From the NCBI GenBank assembly GCA_002269645.1, contig NIVC01005105.1, positions 1 to 26,227 of the forward strand: DNA of 26,227 nt, given 5' to 3'. The stretch is from Macrostomum lignano (Eukaryota). A program made the position numbers and the translations under genes. The notes under the pieces were generated by a model. The model was given only the letters and a program-made list of their open reading frames with translations. It had not been told where the DNA came from and did not search any database. Position 1 is the stretch's first letter. Every line of letters starts with the position of its first letter. Positions 18,883-26,227 of this stretch are shown here, in pieces.

Positions 18883-20013
18883 ATGACTCAGACAGAGGGT
18901 TCGTCTCTGCCTCAGTTGCACACGAGCAGCTGCCTCAACCATTCGACGCTGTCGGTGAGCAACGACAGCTTTGTGCCAATCCGGCCCAGCCTCCAGGAGT
19001 TCTGGCTGGTCACCAGCTACTGCCTCAGCCTGCTGGTGGTGCTGACGAACTCGGCGGTGCTGGTGGTGGTGTCCCGCAGCCCCAGCCTCCACCGAGCCGC
19101 CTACGCCTTCATCTGCAACCTGGCCGCCTGCGACCTCATCTACGGTCTCTGCTACGCCTTCTTCGCCTCGGCCGCGCATTTCCGCCAGCTGGGCGGCAGC
19201 TTCACCGTCTGCCGCCTCGCCCTGGCCAGCTTCTACGCCTCCATCGGCTGTTCAACCGTCGGCATCACCCTCATCGCGAGCGAGCGCTTTGTTGCCATCC
19301 GCTACCCCATCGCTTACGGTCGGCTGGCCACCCGTTCGGCCGTGTCCGCCAGCATCGCCGTCGCCTTGGCGCTCGTCGTCGGCCCGGTGACAGCTGCCGT
19401 GTTCCTCTCGGCCAGGCAACCGCCGTATTACCCTCACCTGGTTGGCTGCGTCACCCAGCATCTGCTGCCCACCTGGGCTCTGGTGCTTGCCTCCGCGCAC
19501 ATTGCCCTGGCGCAGACCGTGGCCACCTGCTGCTACCTGTCCGTGTTCCGCATCGCCAGGCTGCAGCGGCTCAGCGCCAAGCGCCAGATGGGCCAGCGGG
19601 CGGGCCGCGTCGCTCGCAGCTGGCAGCTGACCGTCTCCATCGGGCTGCTCATCGTTCTGTTCTACTTCTTCTGGATTCCCACCTGGGCGCTGCAGCTCTA
19701 CCGACTGACCGTGCCGGATACCTCGGCCTCGCTGACCCTCGCCTACTTCAGCGCCTGCTTCTCCACGCTGAACAGCATAGTGAACATCTTCGTCTACTGG
19801 CTGCGCACCAGAGAGTTCCAGCTGGCCGTGAAGCGACTGCTGCTGGGTGGCGAGGCCCGGAGGCGCCGCTCCACTGCTCAGCGGCAGCCGCAGTTGGGCG
19901 GCTCCGCCAGGGCCAGCGTTGCTACAGTCGCCTCCATGATGGAGTCCTCCGCGGATGCCGCTGCTGCCGCTGCCGAATCAGTGAAGGGAAATTTTGTTGC
20001 TACTAAACTCTGA
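18883..20013 (+). CDS. Host intronless rhodopsin-like (class A) GPCR, ~376 aa; frame is open from an upstream ATG at 18607
   Basis: Seven hydrophobic segments; N-terminal NHS/NDS glycosylation sites; TM1 Asn; TM2 NLAACD; TM3 ERF; TM6 FWIP; TM7 NSIVNIFVY. Confidence 0.9.
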   Translation: MTQTEGSSLPQLHTSSCLNHSTLSVSNDSFVPIRPSLQEFWLVTSYCLSLLVVLTNSAVLVVVSRSPSLHRAAYAFICNLAACDLIYGLCYAFFASAAHFRQLGGSFTVCRLALASFYASIGCSTVGITLIASERFVAIRYPIAYGRLATRSAVSASIAVALALVVGPVTAAVFLSARQPPYYPHLVGCVTQHLLPTWALVLASAHIALAQTVATCCYLSVFRIARLQRLSAKRQMGQRAGRVARSWQLTVSIGLLIVLFYFFWIPTWALQLYRLTVPDTSASLTLAYFSACFSTLNSIVNIFVYWLRTREFQLAVKRLLLGGEARRRRSTAQRQPQLGGSARASVATVASMMESSADAAAAAAESVKGNFVATKL

Positions 20014-20422
20014 CAGATGCTCCGTAGTTTATGCAGAGGATGGCTGAAAGCCGCACAATCATGAAAATTTATTTGAAGAGATGAGCTCAGTGGTCCTTGC
20101 ATTCCCATAACTCGTTGTACTGTGCAAGTCCATTACAAAATCCAAATAGCCCCGACTAGCTACTTGCTAAAAGTACGCTCGTAGTACGAATAGCACCCGC
20201 AGTTCCTAAAACTGCCTGTCCGCCACTGTTAAACATGAACTGCAACTGCAGACCTGATTCGCCAGGTCGCTCTCAATGCATTTCCACACTAATTAAAATG
20301 CCCAGCGGGGGAAATTGCGCAAAACTTTCTTGATTTTGCTGCGATCGATGCGTTTTTGAGTTGTATTTCCTGACACGGAAGCCTCGGATTTTCTGGCAGG
20401 TTTAACACGGCCGCCATGTTGG

Positions 20423-20632
20423 TTACTGCAGCCTGACTAGTAGCTAACTGCAGCCTGACTAGTAGCTTACTGCAGCCTGACTAGTTGCTTACTGCAGCCT
20501 GACTAGTAGCTTACTGCAGCCTGACTAGTAGCTTACTGCAGCCTGACTAGTAGCTTACTGCAGCCTGACTAGTAGCTTACTGCAGCCAGACTAGTAGCTT
20601 ACTGCAGCCTGACTAGTAGCTTACTGCAGCCT
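20423..20632. repeat. 22-bp minisatellite (ACTGCAGCCTGACTAGTAGCTT), ~9.5 copies
   Basis: Read directly. Confidence 0.95.
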
Positions 20633-20801
20633 GCAGTACTAGGATCCAAGGAGCGTTTACAGTGTAGTCCTAGATGTGGCAGGGGAAATTTCAATCTAGG
20701 AGCAGTTCTAACATCTTTGTATCAATTGTGACACTGCGCTATCACAGCACGACAGCATGACTCGATAGGGGGTCCTGGTTTAATCTCAATTTTTAGCTCA
20801 C

Positions 20802-21105
20802 CACTCTTGCATAGCTTACAGATCCTCAGCACTCTTGCATAGCTTACAGATCCTCAGCACTCTTGCATAGTTTACAGATCCTCAGCACTCTTGCATAGTT
20901 TACAGATCCTCAGCACTCTTGCATAGCTTACAGATCCTCAGCACTCTTGCATAGCTTACAGATCCTCAGCACTCTTGCATAGCTTACAGATCCTCATCAC
21001 TCTTGCATAGCTTACAGATCCTCAGCACTCTTGCATAGCTCACAGATCCTCAGCACTCTTGCATAGCTCACAGACCCTCAGCACTCTTGCATAGCTCACA
21101 GACCC
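20802..21105. repeat. 28-bp minisatellite (CACTCTTGCATAGCTTACAGATCCTCAG), ~11 copies
   Basis: Period 28 (20830, 20858). Confidence 0.95.
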
Positions 21106-21476
21106 AACACACTGATCAACTGGCATTTAGATATAAAAGTAGCATAATGAACTTATCTAACAAGCATCTATTCTGCTGACACATTCTAGAAGCGCTAGCT
21201 ATAGGAGAGCGCCTTCGATTTCCCCCTGGTCTCGCCTCCACCCTGTGCACCGGTCTGAAAACTGCGGCTCCTCTGCCCCCCCGCGCACAGCTCAGATAAG
21301 CTCAGCAGAGCCCGCAGCACTTCCTGCCAGCTCAGGCGCAGGCCCACTGGGTTCGCACGCAGCCCCAGGTGATAAGCTGCGCAAGGCACCCTTTTTCTGC
21401 CCGCAGCTTAGCAGTCCAGCGGCAGAGCCAGGCAGAGCTTCAGATCCGAAAGCGAGCAAGGCGCGCCTCAGCAACC

Positions 21477-23072
21477 ATGACTGACCCCTTTTTGTTGGAC
21501 CAGAGGGAGGTGGAGTTGACCCTGCACCGGCTGGAGGAGGCCGTCTCGGTGTGGAGGACTATGCAGAAGGAGAGGCGGACCGACTTCAGCGACTCGCTTG
21601 AGTACGAGCTGCAGGGGTCGAGAGTGAGTCCTGACTGGGTCAAAGTGGGTTGAGGGAGGGTAATAGGGATTGGGGCGAGAGTGAATCATGGGGATTGGGG
21701 CGAGAGTGAATCATGGGATTGGGGCGAGAGTGAGTCATGGGGATTGGGGCGAGAGTGAATCATGGGGATTGGGGCGAGAGTGAATCATGGGATTGGGGCG
21801 AGAGTGAATCATGGGATTGGGGCGAGAGTGAGTTATGGGAATTGGGGCGAGAGTGAGTTATGGGAATTGGGACGAGAGTGAGTCATGGGGATTGGGGCGA
21901 GAGTGACGAGTCATGGGGATTGTGTTGAGGGTGGGTCATTGGAACTGGGTGGAGGGTGGGTCATTGGGATTGGGTTAAGGGTGGGTCATTGGAACTGGGT
22001 GGAGGGTGGATCATTGGGATTGGGTTAAGGGTGGGTCATTGGAACTGGGTGGAGGGTGGGTCATTGGAACTGGGTGGAGGGTGGGTCATTGGGATTGGGT
22101 TAAGGGTGGGTCATTGGAACTGGGTGGAGGGTGGGTCATTGGGATTGGGTTAAGGGTGGGTCATTGGAACTGGGTGGAGGGTGGGTCATTGGGATTGGGT
22201 TAAGGGTGGGTCATTGGAACTGGGTGGAGGGTGGATCATTGGGATTGGGTTAAGGGTGGGTCATTGGAACTGGGTGGAGGGTGGGTCATTGGGATTGGGT
22301 GGAGGGTGGGTCATTGGAACTGGGTGGAGGGTGGGTCATTGGAACTGGGTGGAGGGTGGGTCATTGGGATTGGGTGGAGGGTGGGTCATAGGGATTGGGG
22401 GGGGGGGCAGGTGCTCAAAATCAAACGGAATTCCTGTTCACCCCAGGCAGCATCAGGAACGGGATCCGGGACGTGAAGTGGAGCCTGGAGGACCTGGAGG
22501 AGACGCTGAAGCTGATGTCGCAGAACAACGGCCGCTTCGTGACCTCCGAGGACCTTGCCGCTCGGCGCAAATTCCTGGAGGAGTCTCGAAAGACTCTCGC
22601 CGATGTGGAGTTCGAGGTCAGCAGCCCCTCGCTGGACGCGGTGATCAGCGGGAAGCTGCAGCAGCAGCAGGAGGTGGCAGAGGCACCCGCGGACATCAGC
22701 TCAGCTGAGCCCGAGCAGGTGTCGCTGCTCAGGGCCGACTCCGAAGAGCAGGTGGTGTTCAGCAAAACCGAGTTTGCTTCCAGACTGCAGCCGAGTCAGC
22801 AGCGAAAGCCGGTGGACACCATGGTGTCTGTGAACCTGGACACCGTCAGGGACCTCGTGGAGCCGCCAAGAGGCCACCGGGGCTTCGGGGCCGCGGCTCG
22901 TTGGCTGTCCCGGTACCGCTGCTGGCTGCTCCTCCTGCTGCTGGTGGCCTTCTTCCTCTTGCTGGTGCTGATGAAGGCGCTGTCCAGGCGGGCCAGTGTG
23001 GATGGCTTGGCCAGCACCGAGACGCCAGCGACCACCACCGAGTGCCCGATCGACAGCTTTGACTGCCTGTAG
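21477..23072 (+). CDS. Host syntaxin-6/10 N-terminal (Habc)-domain protein with a transmembrane helix; exons 21477-21623 and 22447-23072
   Basis: MTDPFLLDQREV and IRDVKWSLEDLEETL...DLAARRKFLEESR match the Syntaxin-6_N pattern (DPF; WDLEDL; RKAFI). Donor GTGAGT at 21624, acceptor CCCCAG at 22446. Phases fit if GGGG 21614-21617 is G5 (ELQGVES|SIRN). Confidence 0.8.
21666..21922 (+). repeat. 25-26-bp G-rich intronic minisatellite (GGGATTGGGGCGAGAGTGAATCATG), ~10 copies
   Basis: Read directly. Confidence 0.93.
21927..22407 (+). repeat. 25-bp G-rich intronic minisatellite with two unit types (GAGGGTGGGTCATTGGAACTGGGTG / AAGGGTGGGTCATTGGGATTGGGTT), ~19 copies, ending in a poly-G run
   Basis: Read directly. 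Confidence 0.93.
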
Positions 23073-23118
23073 CTGCCTGCCGGCACCGCTGCGCCTGTCG
23101 CTCTGTAGCCTGGTGGCA

Positions 23119-23781
23119 TCTGGTGTGACAGAGCGTGTTGTCTGGAGTGACAGAACTGATGGTGTCGGAGTGAAAGAGTTGGTTGTGTCTGGAGTGACAG
23201 AGCTGATGGTGTCGGAGTGACAGAGTTGGTTGTGTCTGGAGTGACAAAGCTTATGGTGTCGGAGTGACAGAGTTGGTTGTGTCTGGAGTGACAGAGCTGG
23301 TGGTGTCTGGAGTGACAGAGCGTGTTGTCTGGAGTGACAGAACTGATGGTGTCGGAGTGAAAGAGTTGGTTGTGTCTGGAGTGACAGAGCTGATGGTGTC
23401 GGAGTGACAGAGTTGGTTGTGTCTGGAGTGACAAAGCTTATGGTGTCGGAGTGACAGAGTTGGTTGTGTCTGGAGTGACAGAGCTGGTGGTGTCTGGAGT
23501 GACAGAGCTGGTGGTGTCTGGAGTGACAGAGTTGGTTGTGTCTGGAGTGACAGAGTTGGTTGTGTCTGGAGTGACAGAGCTGGTGGTGTCGGAGTGACGG
23601 AGTTGGTGGTGTCGGAGTGACAGAGCTGGTGGTGTCGGAGTGACGGAGTTGGTGGTGTCGGAGTGACGGAGTTGGTGGTGTCGGAGTGACAGAGCTGATG
23701 GTGTCTGAAGTGACAGAGCTGATGGTGTCTGGAGTGACAGAGCTGATGGTGTCTGGAGTGACAGAGCTGGTGGTGTCTGGA
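23119..23781. repeat. 23-24-bp minisatellite (GTCTGGAGTGACAGAGYTGGTKGT) with a 187-bp higher-order duplication
   Basis: The diagnostic variant GACAGAGCGTGTTG recurs at 23127 and 23314, followed by the same order of variants. Confidence 0.92.
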
Positions 23782-24199
23782 ATGTTGCATTGGCTGCCGT
23801 TAGGAGTGAAAGATTCGAGGACATCTTAGTTGATGGACTCAAACTTTTACTCATGAGCTACAAGTTACAATTTACTCTGAAAGCGTGATCTGAGTCGGCA
23901 TAATTTCATGCACCTGTGATTTGTAAAGCTTTGCATTTTAACCCCCTGCCTATTGCCAACGCTACTCGTAGTTCAAAGTAGTTCCGAACTCAACAAGCCC
24001 TCCCAATAAAATTTTGCACCTGTCAGCACGTGTCACCTTTGTCTGGGTCTGACTCACTTCCTTCAAAACTAAACTTCAGCGTCATTTTTAGTTCAAAATC
24101 AAAATAAAACTACTATGAGTAGTAGGCATGTAGTGTGATAAAAAAATGCTAGTATTGTCGAATTCTTAGGTTGCGATTTACTTTTTCTGGCGCCAGAGT

Positions 24200-24880
24200 T
24201 GGCGCAAACCGAGTAGTCAATCTGGCGCAAACCGAGTAGTCAATCTGGCGCCAACCGAGTAGTCAATCTGGCGCCAACCGAGTAGTCAATCTGGCGCCAA
24301 CCGAGTAGTCAATCTGGCGCCAACCGAGTAGTCAATCTGGCGCAAACCGAGTAGTCAACCTGGCGCCAACCGAGTAGTCAATCTGGCGCAAACCGAGTAG
24401 TCAACCTGGCGCCAACCGAGTAGTCAACCTAGCGCCAATCGAGTAGTCAATATGGCGCCAATCGAGTAGTCAATATGGCGCCAATCGAGTAGTCAATATG
24501 GCGCCAATCGAGTAGTCAATATGGCGCCAATCGAGTAGTCAATATGGCGCCAATCGAGTAGTCAATATGGCGCCAATCGAGTAGTCAATATGGCGCCAAT
24601 CGAGTAGTCAATATGGCGCCAACCGAGTAGTCAACCTGGCGCCAGTCTAGTAGTAAATCTGGCGCCAACCGAGTAGTCAATATGGCGCCAACCGAGTAGT
24701 CAATATGGCGCCAACCGAGTAGTAAATCTGGCGCCAACCGAGTAGTAAATCTGGCGCCAATCGAGTAGTCAATCTGGCGCCAGTCGAGTAGTCAATCTGG
24801 CGCCAGTCGAGTAGTCAATCTGGCGCCAGTCGAGTAGTCAATCTGGCGCCAGTCGAGTAGTCAATCTGACGCCAATCGAG
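24200..24880. repeat. 23-bp minisatellite (CTGGCGCCAACCGAGTAGTCAAT), ~30 copies in blocks of variants
   Basis: Read directly. Confidence 0.95.
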
Positions 24881-25522
24881 TTAGTGTAGTGAACGCTGAC
24901 CGGCTAACCTGAGTCAGCGCTATCAGTGCTTAATTAAAGTTTGCAAGCAATCTACTTTACAAGCAGAGGCCTGCGACCCTCAGCTGTGCCTGGAAACGCT
25001 GGAAGGAATGCGACTGGCATCGAGTCCTATGAATACTGATCAGCATTGGTAAATTAACTCACGGCTATAAATAGTACCGAGCAGGTGCAGGCAAATTAAG
25101 ATAGCATATTTTTGTAAAGAGCAGCCCAATCAAACTCCATAATTTAAGCTCGCAGGCAATGATAAGTTGAGTCAACATGAGCACGGCCGGTCCCTGAGAG
25201 GTGAGCAGATTAGAATTCATTTTAGCTACTGTTGAGGCTCTTAACTGAGAAATGCATTCCACTGCTCAGCTCTGCTAAAGGCTATGCGCGACTAAAAAAT
25301 AGTCTCAGTTGAGGCAAATTATGCTTTTAATGAAACAGAATTTTTAGTTGGACTGCAGCAGCAGAGTTGACGCTGCCTCATGACAGCTGGATGCGACAGA
25401 TGACTTATTGAGTTGCGAGAAGCGTTGTGAGAGACGCGCCAGCTGCCATGCAGGGAGCAACTATTGCTGTCAGATGGTCAGAGCACTGCTCACCTGCTTG
25501 TCTGCCTAGCAGCTCACGAGTG

Positions 25523-26003
25523 CACATCTCACATCTCACATCTCACAGCTCACAGCTCACATCTCACAGCTCACATCTCACGGCTGACATCCACAGCTCA
25601 CATCTCACAGCTGACATCCCACATCTCACATCTCACAGCTGAAATCTCACAGCTCACATCTCACAGCTCACATCTCACAGCTCACATCTCACAGCTCACA
25701 TCTCACAGCTCACATCTCACAGCTCACATCTCACAGCTCACATCTCACAGCTCACATCTCACAGCTCACATCTCACAGCTCACATCTCACAGCTCACCTC
25801 ACAGCTCACATCTCACAGCTCACATCTCACAGCTCACATCTCACAGCTCACATCTCACAGCTCACATAACACAGCTGACATCTCACAGCTCACATCTCAC
25901 AGCTCACATCTCACAGCTCACATCTCACAGCTCACATCTCACAGCTCACATCTCACAGCTCACATCTCACAGCTCACAGCTGACATCTCACAGCTGACAT
26001 CTC
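25523..26003. repeat. 14-bp repeat built from alternating 7-mers CACATCT/CACAGCT
   Basis: Read directly. Confidence 0.95.
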
Positions 26004-26227
26004 ATAGCCCAAAGTTTACAAGCTGGCTGCCAGCTGCCTACAGGGATTATTGATCACATGAAAGGCAGCATTCGTGATTTCGCACTGTTGATCAGCCCCC
26101 GGCAGCCCAGTTGATTGCGGAGTTCGGGCGCCCCGGACACGCCGGAAAGTGAGTTGACGGCGGAAGACATCAGAAAATGCAGTTTATGCAGCAGATCCGC
26201 TCGCATCGTGTGTCTTCTAGCTGTGCA

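Noticed and set aside
18762-20006. 414-aa alternative-frame ORF over the GPCR
   Set aside because: Shadow frame caused by GC-rich codon usage; it reads as Pro/Arg/Leu/His low-complexity sequence.
21956-23854. Trp/Gly-rich and Thr/Pro/His-rich repeat ORFs, also 25427-25997
   Set aside because: Translations of minisatellites in the intron or downstream DNA; no evidence of coding.
20423-24880. Short tandem arrays as possible CRISPR arrays
   Set aside because: Units are head-to-tail with no unique spacers, no cas genes are present, and the context is eukaryotic.
24200-24880. AGTAGT/AGTAG within host repeat units resembling Polinton termini
   Set aside because: The 5-6-bp match is expected by chance, and no TIR or TSD structure accompanies it.
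26060-26227. Possible minus-strand coding exon at the window edge (…MRADLLHKLHFLMSSAVNSL…)
   Set aside because: Short, truncated by the window and without any recognisable motif.

Overview
This is a eukaryotic (animal-like) genomic window. Its central 16.4 kb (1625-17997) is a complete Polinton/Maverick element (endogenous adintovirus-like virus). The element has ~430-bp terminal inverted repeats starting AGTAGAAGG/ending CCTTCTACT and a perfect 6-bp target-site duplication (ATGACT). It carries all six core genes: retroviral-type integrase, protein-primed PolB, adenain-like cysteine protease, A32/FtsK packaging ATPase, and major and minor jelly-roll capsid proteins. About seven accessory ORFs are also present, including a hidden adenovirus pX/mu-like protein, a candidate membrane-lytic protein, a coiled-coil fibre-like protein and two ORFans. 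Many genes are broken in the ORF track, but the breaks I could resolve are repaired by a single-base indel that almost always lengthens or doubles a base. The same pattern appears in two host genes and between the two TIRs, so these are probably long-read consensus errors and the element is likely intact and young. The host flanks contain the 3' exons of a GT32 (DxD) glycosyltransferase, an intronless class A GPCR, a syntaxin-6-N-domain gene with a membrane anchor but no visible SNARE motif, and many minisatellites. All protein calls come from motif recognition by eye; no database search was run.
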